This document shows, piece by piece, positions 10,029 through 19,590 of a stretch of 64,000 bases of DNA. Within the stretch, counting starts at the first letter, position 1. The number at the start of each line of letters is the position of its first letter. Location: NCBI GenBank assembly GCA_043745805.1, contig JAYTSD010000037.1:43033-107032 (forward strand), read 5' to 3'. The translations under genes and the position numbers were made by a program. The notes below the pieces were generated by a model that searched no databases, was not told the DNA's origin, and saw only the letters and a program-made list of their open reading frames with translations. Source of the stretch: Fibrobacteria bacterium (GTDB lineage Bacteria > Fibrobacterota > Fibrobacteria > UBA11236).

Positions 10029-10760
10029 TTAAGTGGATTTAGTTTTACGCGATTTTATCCCTAAATTTTGCAGTTTCAAAATTTGCCCAGCGGCATAGCC
10101 TGCTCCAAAACCATTATCAATATTGACCACAGTAATGCCTGGTGAACAAGCATTAAGCATACTTAAGAGCGCCGCTAAGCCTTCAAAAGAAGAGCCATAT
10201 CCCACTGAAGTGGGGACTGCAATAATGGGTTTATCTGTTAATCCACCGATTACACTAGGAAGCGCCGCATCCATTCCTGCCACGACCACAATTACCGAAG
10301 CTTTTTTTAAAGCCTCAGTATGGGCTAATAAGCGATGTATTCCCGCTACACCCACATCATAAAGAGTTTTGATTTCACACCCCATCAATTTTGCGGTTAG
10401 GGCGGCTTCTTCAGCGATAGGAATGTCACTAGTGCCGGCGCAGACGAATAAAATATGGCCTTGCTTTAATTGCCTGAGTTTTACTTGTTGAGCGCTTCCC
10501 GCATAGTAAATACAGTTTGCTAAAGGGTGATGACAAATAAGCGGAAATTTTTTTTGTAATTGCGCAAAAACTTCAGGTTGGGTTCGAGTAATAAGTAGGC
10601 GACCGGATTGTTGTAAAATTTTGAGCGCAATTTTTACGGATTGAGAAATAGTTTTTCCTTGCCCAAAAATTACTTCTGGAAATCCTTTGCGCCTTTCTCT
10701 GTCCTGATCAATTCGGGCAAAGCGATATGGGGAAACCTTAAAAAACTCAGAAATAGTCAT
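10029..10760 (-). CDS. larB: Nickel pincer cofactor biosynthesis protein LarB (AIR carboxylase-like)
   Basis: 'R..RKGFPEVIFGQGK', 'AGTSDIP', 'DVGVAGIHRL', 'PTSVGYG', 'VVNIDNGFGA'. Confidence 0.92.
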   Translation of the reverse strand: MTISEFFKVSPYRFARIDQDRERRKGFPEVIFGQGKTISQSVKIALKILQQSGRLLITRTQPEVFAQLQKKFPLICHHPLANCIYYAGSAQQVKLRQLKQGHILFVCAGTSDIPIAEEAALTAKLMGCEIKTLYDVGVAGIHRLLAHTEALKKASVIVVVAGMDAALPSVIGGLTDKPIIAVPTSVGYGSSFEGLAALLSMLNACSPGITVVNIDNGFGAGYAAGQILKLQNLGIKSRKTKST

Positions 10761-10860
10761 AATTTTATCTTTTAATTTAAGAAATATATGCCGCCTAACC
10801 TTGGGATAGGCATTACAATTAAATAGAGAAAAAAAATTAGGAAGGAAACCTTAGGTTTTC

Positions 10861-11889
10861 ATGGCAATTATTGATCTAAATCAGGTTCCAGTGCGCGTTT
10901 CGGAAATCAAAAAATATACGCCCAATACTCCTTTGGGTAAAAAACTTTTGGTAGTTTTCGAGTTAAGCTTAGAGCATCCTTTTATTCCAGCCTTGATATT
11001 TGGATCTTTGGTCCATGGCATACGATTGGCGATTCATTTGTTTTTGGGCGCGTCATGGCAAAGTTTTTTTCCGCATCAATCTTTGCTTTACCTTAGTTGG
11101 TTGCCCGAATTTTTATTGCCCTATTTAGGTTTAATATTCATTAATATCCCGCATAAAAAAATTAATGAAGCTATGCATGAGCGAATTTTAGAAGGCCTAG
11201 ATCGCGGCAATGAAATTCAAAAAGTAAGCATCTTTGGATTTGCAAAAATTTCCGAAGTTCGCGATCCCGACACTGGCGATCATATTGTCCGCATGAGTCA
11301 TTACTCCCGTTTGTTAGCTGAAGAGGTGGGCAAACTTCCTGAGTATGAAAGTTATGTTACGCGTAATTATTGCGATGAAATTTTTATATCGGCTCCTTTG
11401 CATGATATTGGTAAAGTGGGTATTCGTGATGACATATTAAAAAAACGCGGGGATTTGAGTTCCGCCGAATTCGACATTATGAAAATGCACACCATTATTG
11501 GTGGTGATTTATTGCATGAATTGGAAATGAAATTAGGCTGGCGCACTTTTTACTCGCTAAGTAAACAAATTGCTTATCATCATCATCAGCGTTTTGACGG
11601 TACAGGTTACCCTAATGTGCTAGGATCGTCAAAGGCTATGTTCATCGATTCCGGCATTGGAGCTCCTTTAAAGGGCAAAGACATTCCTCTTTCGGCTCGT
11701 ATAGTCGCTTTGGCAGATGTATATGACGCATTGTCCTCTCGCCGCTGTTATAAAGAACCTTTTCCTTTAGACAAATGCCGAGAAATGATAGTTGCCGATT
11801 CCGGTAGACATTTTGACCCCGAATTAGTCCAAGCCTTTTTACGCATCGAACCTGCTTTTATCCGCACGGCACAAGAATACAGCAAATAA
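10861..11889 (+). CDS. Membrane-anchored HD-GYP domain phosphodiesterase
   Basis: 'RDPDTGDH', 'LHDIGK', 'HHHQRFDGTGYP', 'ADVYDAL', 'HFDP'; two N-terminal hydrophobic stretches. Confidence 0.9.
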   Translation: MAIIDLNQVPVRVSEIKKYTPNTPLGKKLLVVFELSLEHPFIPALIFGSLVHGIRLAIHLFLGASWQSFFPHQSLLYLSWLPEFLLPYLGLIFINIPHKKINEAMHERILEGLDRGNEIQKVSIFGFAKISEVRDPDTGDHIVRMSHYSRLLAEEVGKLPEYESYVTRNYCDEIFISAPLHDIGKVGIRDDILKKRGDLSSAEFDIMKMHTIIGGDLLHELEMKLGWRTFYSLSKQIAYHHHQRFDGTGYPNVLGSSKAMFIDSGIGAPLKGKDIPLSARIVALADVYDALSSRRCYKEPFPLDKCREMIVADSGRHFDPELVQAFLRIEPAFIRTAQEYSK

Positions 11890-11968
11890 ACGCCCTTTAC
11901 AAAACTTAAATGCACCCCTTTTGGCGAGCGGTTTTTTATCTTAATCCCGTCAAAATAAAAGAGGGTTT

Positions 11969-12937
11969 ATGCATATCGTAGTAACAGGTGGTTGCGGTTT
12001 TATTGGGGCGAATTTCGTTCGCATGCTTTTACAAAATGATAAAGGTTGGCGTATCACCAATATCGACAAATTAACCTATGCGGGGAATTTGGAAAACCTT
12101 TCTGATTTAAGCGCGTCCCCAAATTATCGTTTTGTACAGGCGGATATTTGCGATAAAGCTAAGATGGTGGAAGTGCTTTCCGACAATGTGGATGCTGTGG
12201 TGCATTTTGCTGCGGAATCTCATGTAGATAGAAGTATTGATGGCCCCGAAGTTTTTGTGCAAACTAATGTACTGGGGACGGCTGTATTATTAGATGCCGC
12301 AAAAAAAGGTAATGTGAAACGCTTTTTGCACGTGTCTACAGATGAAGTTTATGGTTCCTTAGGCGCTACGGGTTACTTTTCAGAAACCACGCCGCTTTCG
12401 CCAAACTCTCCCTATTCGGCCAGTAAAACCGGATCGGATTTATTAGTAGCAGCCTATTTTCATACTTTTAAAATGGATACTGTGATCACGCGTTGTTCTA
12501 ATAATTATGGCCCTTATCAATATCCCGAAAAATTGATTCCACTTTTAGTCACTAATCTTATCGACAATAAACAAATTCCAATTTATGGCGATGGATTAAA
12601 TATTCGTGATTGGTTACATGTAGCCGATCATTGCTCGGGCATTCTATTGGCCTTAGAAAAAGGTCGCGCTGGGGAAGTATATAATATCGGCGGTAATAAT
12701 GAATGGACGAATATTAATATTGCTAAAAAATTATTAGGTCTTTTGGGTAAAGATGAAAGCAGCATACATTATGTAGATGACCGTTTGGGTCATGATCGAC
12801 GTTATGCTATCGACGCTTCTAAAATCCGCAAAGAATTAGGTTGGGAACCGAAATACAATTTTGAAACCGGCATTGTCGAAACCGTGAATTGGTATAAGGA
12901 CCAAGAAAAATGGTGGCGACCTTTAAAGAAGGCGTAA
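11969..12937 (+). CDS. rfbB: dTDP-glucose 4,6-dehydratase
   Basis: 'TGGCGFIG', 'DKLTYAGN', 'AAESHVDRS', 'STDEVYG', 'YSASK', 'GHDRRYAID'. Confidence 0.97.
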   Translation: MHIVVTGGCGFIGANFVRMLLQNDKGWRITNIDKLTYAGNLENLSDLSASPNYRFVQADICDKAKMVEVLSDNVDAVVHFAAESHVDRSIDGPEVFVQTNVLGTAVLLDAAKKGNVKRFLHVSTDEVYGSLGATGYFSETTPLSPNSPYSASKTGSDLLVAAYFHTFKMDTVITRCSNNYGPYQYPEKLIPLLVTNLIDNKQIPIYGDGLNIRDWLHVADHCSGILLALEKGRAGEVYNIGGNNEWTNINIAKKLLGLLGKDESSIHYVDDRLGHDRRYAIDASKIRKELGWEPKYNFETGIVETVNWYKDQEKWWRPLKKA

Positions 12938-12952
12938 ATTGTACGCTTGGAA

Positions 12953-13315
12953 TTAAATACTGAAATCGATTTTTAAATTTTTTGCTAAAATTTTCAGCCG
13001 TTTATCTTCTGTCCATAGTTGGGATTGAAACAGAAACGCCGATCCTAATAAATTAATATCCGTCCAGCCTACACCTTTTCCAAAAAGACTGTGATGTTGA
13101 ATAAAATGCAGAGTCTCCTCTAAATCCATAGTGGGAGCTTGTGGTAAGGTTTGTAATAGATCTAAAACTTCACTGCGGTTTTTAAGAAACCCACAAGCAA
13201 TTTCTCCAACTACAAAAGGGTGGCAGCATACATTGCCATCGATTAATAATTTTTTAAGCTCGTCGTTTCCTTCACGTAAATATTGAATCCAAATGGATGT
13301 ATCTACGAGAATCAT
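12953..13315 (-). CDS. vapC: VapC family PIN-domain toxin
   Basis: 'MILVDTSIW', 'GEIACG', 'D..L', 'LWTEDKRL'; overlaps antitoxin stop by 4 nt. Confidence 0.9.
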   Translation of the reverse strand: MILVDTSIWIQYLREGNDELKKLLIDGNVCCHPFVVGEIACGFLKNRSEVLDLLQTLPQAPTMDLEETLHFIQHHSLFGKGVGWTDINLLGSAFLFQSQLWTEDKRLKILAKNLKIDFSI

Positions 13316-13509
13316 TTAGGCAAAGTATTTCTACGAGGGATAGCCTTTAAATTTTTTTCACTGCCTCCTAGCGCAGCCAGTCGCTTGCGGCTTTCCATTG
13401 CAATGAGCGATTCTAAGCCCATTCGTACCAAGGCGGTTTTTTCAGCAATACCCGTTAATTGGGAGGCTTTGGCTAAAACTGCATCGTCTATATTTAATGT
13501 TGTTCTCAT
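13312..13509 (-). CDS. vapB: VapB family antitoxin
   Basis: 'MRTTLNIDD...EKTALVRMGL...LAALGG' (65 aa from ATG 13509), directly upstream of the PIN toxin. Confidence 0.88.
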   Translation of the reverse strand: MRTTLNIDDAVLAKASQLTGIAEKTALVRMGLESLIAMESRKRLAALGGSEKNLKAIPRRNTLPK

Positions 13510-13514
13510 ATGTA

Positions 13515-13541
13515 TTAGTATGCATAATTTATGCATACTAA
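13515..13541. promoter_or_regulatory. Putative VapBC autoregulatory operator
   Basis: Perfect 13-bp inverted repeat TTAGTATGCATAA-T-TTATGCATACTAA, 5 nt upstream of the vapB ATG. Confidence 0.7.
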
Positions 13542-13640
13542 GCAAGTGAAAAATAAACCCAAAAATTTAAAATCCAGAACATTTGGTTTTGCACAAGTAG
13601 AGCTTGCCTAAACGTCACGCATTAGCCAATTTTCCAGCCT

Positions 13641-14582
13641 ATGAAAATCATTTTTATGGGAACTCCCGATTTCGCCGTCACCAGCCTAGATGCTTTGGTA
13701 AAGGCTGGGCACGACATTTCGCTAGTCATTACACAACCGGACCGGCCTAAGGGTCGAGGCCAAAAATTAGCGGCCTCCGAGGTTAAATTAAAAGCTTTAG
13801 AATTAGGTCTTCCTGTTCATCAGCCAGAATCCTTGCGTACTCCAGAATTTCATGAAATCATTAAAAACCAAAATGCGGATTTAATGGTGGTCGTGGCTTT
13901 TCGCATATTACCCGATAGTTTATTTCCGCTCACGCGTTTTGGAGCGGTGAATGTGCATGGCTCTTTATTGCCAAAATATCGCGGCGCAGCGCCCATTCCT
14001 TGGGCCATTGCACAAGGCGATAGGTTTACTGGAGTTACGGTATTTCAATTGGATCAACAAATTGATCATGGCCAAATTTTAGCGCAAACCTCTACGCCTA
14101 TCGGAGAGTTTGAAACCGCCGGTGAATTGTATTTGCGCTTAAAAGAATTGGGCAAAGACGCTTTACTGGACGCTTTAGAAAAAATGCAACAAGGGAAAAT
14201 TCTCCCTTTAGAGCAAAGCCATGCGGAAGCAACTCCTGCTCCCAAGCTCAAAAAAGAAGATGGTCTTATTAATTGGACCTTGCCCGCTCGCACTTTATTT
14301 AATCGTTTACGAGCTTTTAATCCTTATCCCATAGGGTTTACCCATATAGGTAACATGGAAAATACCCCGCCTAAAACATTGCGTATTTCTCGCGCACAAG
14401 TTGTGGATGAACAAAGCCCTGGTCCAGGTAAAGTATTATTGTCCGCAGATCGCTTTCCTTTAGTGGGTTGTGGTGATGTGTGTTTGAAATTATTAGAAGT
14501 GCAGCCCGAAGGAAAACCCAAAATGGCCGCTAATGATTTTTGGAATGGTTTACAAAACCGTGACGCCATAGTGTTGGGTTAG
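13641..14582 (+). CDS. fmt: Methionyl-tRNA formyltransferase
   Basis: 'MKIIFMGTPDFA', 'TQPDRPKGRG', 'NVHGSLLPKYRGAAPI'. Confidence 0.97.
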   Translation: MKIIFMGTPDFAVTSLDALVKAGHDISLVITQPDRPKGRGQKLAASEVKLKALELGLPVHQPESLRTPEFHEIIKNQNADLMVVVAFRILPDSLFPLTRFGAVNVHGSLLPKYRGAAPIPWAIAQGDRFTGVTVFQLDQQIDHGQILAQTSTPIGEFETAGELYLRLKELGKDALLDALEKMQQGKILPLEQSHAEATPAPKLKKEDGLINWTLPARTLFNRLRAFNPYPIGFTHIGNMENTPPKTLRISRAQVVDEQSPGPGKVLLSADRFPLVGCGDVCLKLLEVQPEGKPKMAANDFWNGLQNRDAIVLG

Positions 14583-14589
14583 GATTTAT

Positions 14590-15918
14590 ATGCAAGGTTT
14601 GGAATCTCGCGAAGCCGTTTTTAATGTGTTATGCGATCAGGAAGAAAAAGGACTTTTTTTAAAAGACTTGTTTCCACTTTATCTCCATAAATTAAGCGCT
14701 TTAGACCAGGGTTTGGCGCGCGAAATTTGTTTTGGATCCTTGCGTAACAAATATTTACTCGACTATAATTTGGATTTGTATACGCCTAAGCGCGTACAAG
14801 ATTTACCCTTGCGCCTAATTTTTCGATTAGCAGCCTACCAATTTTTTTTTCTGGACACTGTTCCCGTTTTTGCAGTCATAAATACTGCGGTGGAATTGGT
14901 CAAGACGCGTTTAGGACAAAAGAAAACCGGTTTCACCAATGCGGTGCTCAAAAAAATGGCCGCAGCGGGCTTGCAGAAAATGCCCGGTAATTCGCTTAAG
15001 GCCTTATCCACAAATACCTCGCATCCCTTATGGCTATTGCAAAAATGGAATCAATCCATAGGTGCGGAGAAAACGCAAAAAGCAGCCGAAATTAATAATA
15101 CCGAAGCTCCCGCTTGGCTTCGTATCAATCCTTTTAAAAGTTCACTGACCGAAGTAGAAATTTTTTTAAAAGAAAATACAATCCCGTATAGCGTAACTGA
15201 TGAGTTACCTAGCTATATTCAATTACAGAGTAAGATGGATGTTGCTTTACGATCGGATTTGTTTTCTCAAGGCGCTTTTTCCTTTCAAGATCCCGCAGCG
15301 TATCTAGTGGCATGCCTCACGGCTTGGAAACCCTCTCAATCCATATTGGATTTGTGTTCGGCACCCGGAGGCAAAGCGAGTTGTATTTTAGAAATGGCGG
15401 CAGCAGCGCATATGGACATATCGAATGCAAAAATATATTGCAATGATATTTCTTTTAATCGTTTACGTCGTATCAAAGATAATCGTGAACGTTTAGGTCA
15501 TACGGCTCTTTTGCCATTAGTGATGAATCCTCAACAGAATGCGTTGCGGAAAAAATTCTCGCTCGTTTTAATTGATGCACCTTGCAGTAACCTTGGAGTA
15601 CTACGTCGTCGACCGGAAGCGCGCTTTGCTCAAAAGCCCGAAGCCCTAAAAATATTGGCACAAAAACAAAAAGCCATTTTGGATCAAGCCGCACAATTAG
15701 TTGAGGAAAAGGGTTCACTTATTTATGCAACTTGCAGTCCCGAAGTAGAAGAAACACGAGATGTAGTGCAAGCCTTTTTGAAAAGTCATGCGGAATGGAT
15801 TTTAGAGGATGCAGCAAAGTACTTGCCTGCTATTTGGGTAAAACACAAATGCCTCCACCTCTATCCAGGTGAAAGTCATTTCGATGGCTTTTTCGCAGCG
15901 CGCCTCACTAAAATTTAA
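14590..15918 (+). CDS. rsmB: 16S rRNA m5C methyltransferase RsmB/Sun with N-terminal NusB-like domain
   Basis: 'SHPLW', 'FQD', 'DLCSAPGGK', 'DAPCS', 'YATCS', 'DGFFAA'; follows fmt. Confidence 0.9.
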   Translation: MQGLESREAVFNVLCDQEEKGLFLKDLFPLYLHKLSALDQGLAREICFGSLRNKYLLDYNLDLYTPKRVQDLPLRLIFRLAAYQFFFLDTVPVFAVINTAVELVKTRLGQKKTGFTNAVLKKMAAAGLQKMPGNSLKALSTNTSHPLWLLQKWNQSIGAEKTQKAAEINNTEAPAWLRINPFKSSLTEVEIFLKENTIPYSVTDELPSYIQLQSKMDVALRSDLFSQGAFSFQDPAAYLVACLTAWKPSQSILDLCSAPGGKASCILEMAAAAHMDISNAKIYCNDISFNRLRRIKDNRERLGHTALLPLVMNPQQNALRKKFSLVLIDAPCSNLGVLRRRPEARFAQKPEALKILAQKQKAILDQAAQLVEEKGSLIYATCSPEVEETRDVVQAFLKSHAEWILEDAAKYLPAIWVKHKCLHLYPGESHFDGFFAARLTKI

Positions 15919-16020
15919 TATGAATTTGCCCAAAATTTGCTTTTCGAATCTGCGGAAAATTCACTAAATATTATAATTTTAGCCCTGAATCGAATGGCTT
16001 TAGCTTAACCAAGGAAATCT

Positions 16021-16503
16021 ATGCAAGTCTCGAAAAATAAAGTTGTCGCCATGGAATATACCCTGACCGATAATAAAGGTGAAACTCTTGATAGCTCAGT
16101 GGGCGCCGATCCATTATTGTACATACAAGGTACTGGTCAAATTGTGCTTGGCTTAGAACAAGCTATGGAAGGAAAAAGTATTGGCGATGTTTTTAAAGTA
16201 GCGGTGTCACCTGAATTAGGTTACGGGATTCGCGAAGCGAAACTAGAACAAAAGGTTCCTCGCGAGGAATTTGAAGGCGTAGATAATTTGGAAGTAGGAA
16301 TGGAATTCCAAGCCGAAACCGATGCTGGCGTACGTTTAATTACCATTATTGCAATCGAAGGAGATATGATTACCATTGATGGCAATCACCCGCTTGCAGG
16401 ACAAACTTTAAACTTTGATATTAAAGTTATTTCTATACGCGAGGCTACCAAAGAGGAGCTGAGCCATGGCCATGCCCACGGTGAAGGTGGACATCATCAC
16501 TAA
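16021..16503 (+). CDS. slyD: FKBP-type peptidyl-prolyl isomerase SlyD
   Basis: 'DGNHPLAGQTL.F', His-rich tail 'HGHAHGEGGHHH'. Confidence 0.93.
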   Translation: MQVSKNKVVAMEYTLTDNKGETLDSSVGADPLLYIQGTGQIVLGLEQAMEGKSIGDVFKVAVSPELGYGIREAKLEQKVPREEFEGVDNLEVGMEFQAETDAGVRLITIIAIEGDMITIDGNHPLAGQTLNFDIKVISIREATKEELSHGHAHGEGGHHH

Positions 16504-16510
16504 TTAATGC

Positions 16511-16530
16511 GGGCTTTTTTTAAGCCCTTT
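16511..16530. terminator. Short terminator-like hairpin between convergent slyD and GH81
   Basis: GGGCTT...AAGCCC followed by TTT. Confidence 0.5.
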
Positions 16531-16531
16531 A

Positions 16532-18913
16532 TTATTTGGATTGCAGGAGGTAAATACCTTTTGCAATATCCTTTTTGCTTTCGCTCTGTGAAGGTTGAGC
16601 CGACAAAATTTTTCGTCCACCCATATCATAAACCGTCAGTGTTTTTGTGCGATTCCAATCTTTAGAAATGTTGCCGCCCCAAAAACCAATTTCCACATTG
16701 TTTTTATTTTTCAATAATTTGTTACGTGGCAGTATAGAAATGCCTTTAATTGGGCCAGTTTTGGTGACCTGTGCTTTGGCAGGAACATCCATACTGAATC
16801 CATCATTGAAGGTTACTGTAACCGGTGCGCTACTTGGATTATACGCCGTATAACTACGCACGGCAGCCTTATCAAAAACGGCATAGCTAGGAATACTAGC
16901 CGTTACTTGGGTATTTAATAATCCAACCGCTTGCAGGCTTTTTAAGAGATAATAAGTATGCGCTGGAGTTTCACCGGCTTCAGGATTTGTTCCTGTACCA
17001 TAATTAGCCACTGCTTTGTCGGGATCGGCAAAGGCAAGGTATTCATAATAAATATCCTTCCAAGAGCCTCCTGGGAAACCTTCTTCATAGTTGGGTAGGA
17101 TATGATCGGGACGACGGCCTATATATAATGATCCTGCGGCAATGGGAAAGAAATTAATGGCTTGAATTTGACTGGGGTTATTAGAAAACCAAGTCGCATA
17201 AGTACCCCCATTACTCCACACCATACCCACAGATTGATGCGTGAAGGCGGCTGGGAATACTTGTTTATCCACATCCCACCAATATTGTTCAATGGCGCGC
17301 GTTTCATTCACATACATGAATATGCCCATGTCACGTAACATTTTATTACCCGTATTCATGCCATATAATATAAGTGCGGCATTAAAATTCATGGACTCGG
17401 AAGAGGACTCTTGATTATTTCCATCATTTTCAAAACCAATACCATCCGCCCAACCATGTCCTTCATAGGCGTCGAAATATTTAAAGCGTGCGAACATGGG
17501 ATCATTATCATCCCAGCTATTAACATCACGGATTAGCATTTCCACCATACCGCCCCAATTACTCGTCTTCACCCAATCGGGATCCCAAGCTGCAATGGTG
17601 GCTGCGGCCATCAGAAAATACCCATAATGAAAATGATGATCCGCCAAGCGATCATCGGAATGAAAAGAAGCCGGGTAGCCAATTAAAGTGCTAAAACCTT
17701 TGTAGAAATAAAGTTGTTGATTGCCGCCAGTAGTGAACCAGCTTTCCAATCCTTTTTCTAAGGCTTTTACTAATTCGGTTCGTTTAGCGGTATTTCCTCT
17801 CCCTTCTAAAATGGGAATAAGCGCCGCTAATCTTCCAAATGATTTGCCACCACTGTAGGAGTCGCCGTCTCCAGCAGAAGTAGGAATTTGACTTAATAAT
17901 TTATCGAGTTGTGTGGGATCGGCGCCTACATTTGGTAAAGCGGGGAGAATGCCATTAAAAGCCATGGTAGTAGAAAAAGAAGTTCCCGTAGCCACTTTCA
18001 TTTCACCACGTGCGCTTTTGTAGGTGTAATTGGTAAGCGGGGTGCTTGCAGCCATCCATTGATGCCGTAACAAAGCAAATACAGTACCTTGCTCGGTACC
18101 TTCCTTAACCTCGGTAATTACCGAATAGTTAGAAACCAAATTGGCGGTTGCTTCCACATAACCCCAAGTGACAACGGTTTTTTTCACAAAGGAATAAGCA
18201 TATTTTTTATAGAATTCTAATGCAGCGGGAGTGCCTTCGGGCAAAGCGGCGATGGATAAATAATCTTTACCTGCTAAGGAAGAGCTGAGCGTGGTGGTTC
18301 CAGTCCAAGTCGATCCCGTAGGTGCGAAAATGCCAAAGGCTTTTCCACCAATGCTCACGCCGATAACATTTCCTTGATTGGCAAATTGTGTAGCTCCGGC
18401 GCCAAGAGTGATAACTGCGTTTCCGCCGGTAACCTTGAAGTAAACAAAGGGTAAGCCATGACCAAAGGTTGCCTCCAGTGTTTTTCCTGCCCCTTGCCAG
18501 CGCGAGGTAACCGAAAAATGCGAATACGAAGCCACGCGCGCGGCGTCAGCTGTTAAACCTTCTATGCCCACGGTGACATTCGCATTGTGTAAGGCGGCGA
18601 ATCCGTTTGCCGTTGCATAGCCTGGTACTCCAGGATAACCTATTTCTAATCCCTTAGCGGAAGCTCTCATAGAAAGAGGGTGAGAAAACATATTTCCAGA
18701 AAATTGTGAAGTCATCAAAGTGCTCCACCAATTTGGCGAGGTAATGGGCTGAGTGAAATCGGGGGTGACCCAAGCTTTTTCACCAGGCACTTTGGTGCCA
18801 TCAGCGGTTAAATAATTTCCCAAACCTACTGTTGTTTGACCGAAGGAGTGGATTGTAAAAAAAGAGCTTAAAAGTAAAGCAAGTGCCATTGTGCTTTTGA
18901 ACCCAGCACTCAT
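16532..18913 (-). CDS. Secreted GH81 endo-1,3-beta-glucanase with T9SS-like C-terminal tail
   Basis: GH81 motifs 'DHHFHYGYF', 'FDAYEGHGWADG', 'NQESSSE'; signal peptide after MSAGFK; C-terminal 'VYDMGGRKI...KGIYLL'. Confidence 0.9.
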   Translation of the reverse strand: MSAGFKSTMALALLLSSFFTIHSFGQTTVGLGNYLTADGTKVPGEKAWVTPDFTQPITSPNWWSTLMTSQFSGNMFSHPLSMRASAKGLEIGYPGVPGYATANGFAALHNANVTVGIEGLTADAARVASYSHFSVTSRWQGAGKTLEATFGHGLPFVYFKVTGGNAVITLGAGATQFANQGNVIGVSIGGKAFGIFAPTGSTWTGTTTLSSSLAGKDYLSIAALPEGTPAALEFYKKYAYSFVKKTVVTWGYVEATANLVSNYSVITEVKEGTEQGTVFALLRHQWMAASTPLTNYTYKSARGEMKVATGTSFSTTMAFNGILPALPNVGADPTQLDKLLSQIPTSAGDGDSYSGGKSFGRLAALIPILEGRGNTAKRTELVKALEKGLESWFTTGGNQQLYFYKGFSTLIGYPASFHSDDRLADHHFHYGYFLMAAATIAAWDPDWVKTSNWGGMVEMLIRDVNSWDDNDPMFARFKYFDAYEGHGWADGIGFENDGNNQESSSESMNFNAALILYGMNTGNKMLRDMGIFMYVNETRAIEQYWWDVDKQVFPAAFTHQSVGMVWSNGGTYATWFSNNPSQIQAINFFPIAAGSLYIGRRPDHILPNYEEGFPGGSWKDIYYEYLAFADPDKAVANYGTGTNPEAGETPAHTYYLLKSLQAVGLLNTQVTASIPSYAVFDKAAVRSYTAYNPSSAPVTVTFNDGFSMDVPAKAQVTKTGPIKGISILPRNKLLKNKNNVEIGFWGGNISKDWNRTKTLTVYDMGGRKILSAQPSQSESKKDIAKGIYLLQSK

Positions 18914-19590
18914 TTTTTCCTGAGGGTTTTTATTTTTCACTGCTAATCTCCTTTGCCCGCAATATACCACACGATATTTTTTTGTGCTTGAGGAATATAT
19001 TTTTGAGGGTAAAATAATCATCAAGAATGTTTTTTAGCATCCGTATTTCAGGATGTTTTCGTAAATCACATCAGTCATAGATTCATAGTATAGGGTGGAA
19101 TGTTAAGAAGAAAAGCAGGTTTTTTATTATTGATCAAAGATAATGCTGAGACATTAAAATTTCGCCAATCGAGAGGATATGGAATAATGTATTTGCAAGT
19201 TACTTGTAAAATTTAGGCCTATATAATCACAAAAAAATTTTAACTCTGCCCCAAAGGAGTTACCTGTCTATAAACCATCGAGCCAAAGCTTCATGTCTTT
19301 TGTTTGAGAATAATGCCCGGCAAAAAAATGTTCCATAACAATTTTTGTTTATCTTACCAGTATAAAACATGGAAATTCTAATTAAAAAACGATGTTTTTC
19401 TTTTTTTTAACAAGATTTTTTTTTAAAAGCGGATTAGATTGGGGCTTCTAGGGGGATAAGTTATTTAAGTCGTAATTTTCACTGATTTTTATTGTCAGGT
19501 AAAAAATAGATCGGTAGTCTGCTTCCCTATCAATTTTTTCAATTATTTAGGTTTAACCTTTTGGAAATTTGTTCAAAGGTGGGTGTTCGA

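Noticed and set aside
19192-19210. Imperfect palindrome TTTGCAAGT-T-ACTTGTAAA in the GH81/barrel intergenic region
   Set aside because: Single AT-rich imperfect copy with no second instance seen; not distinguishable from chance
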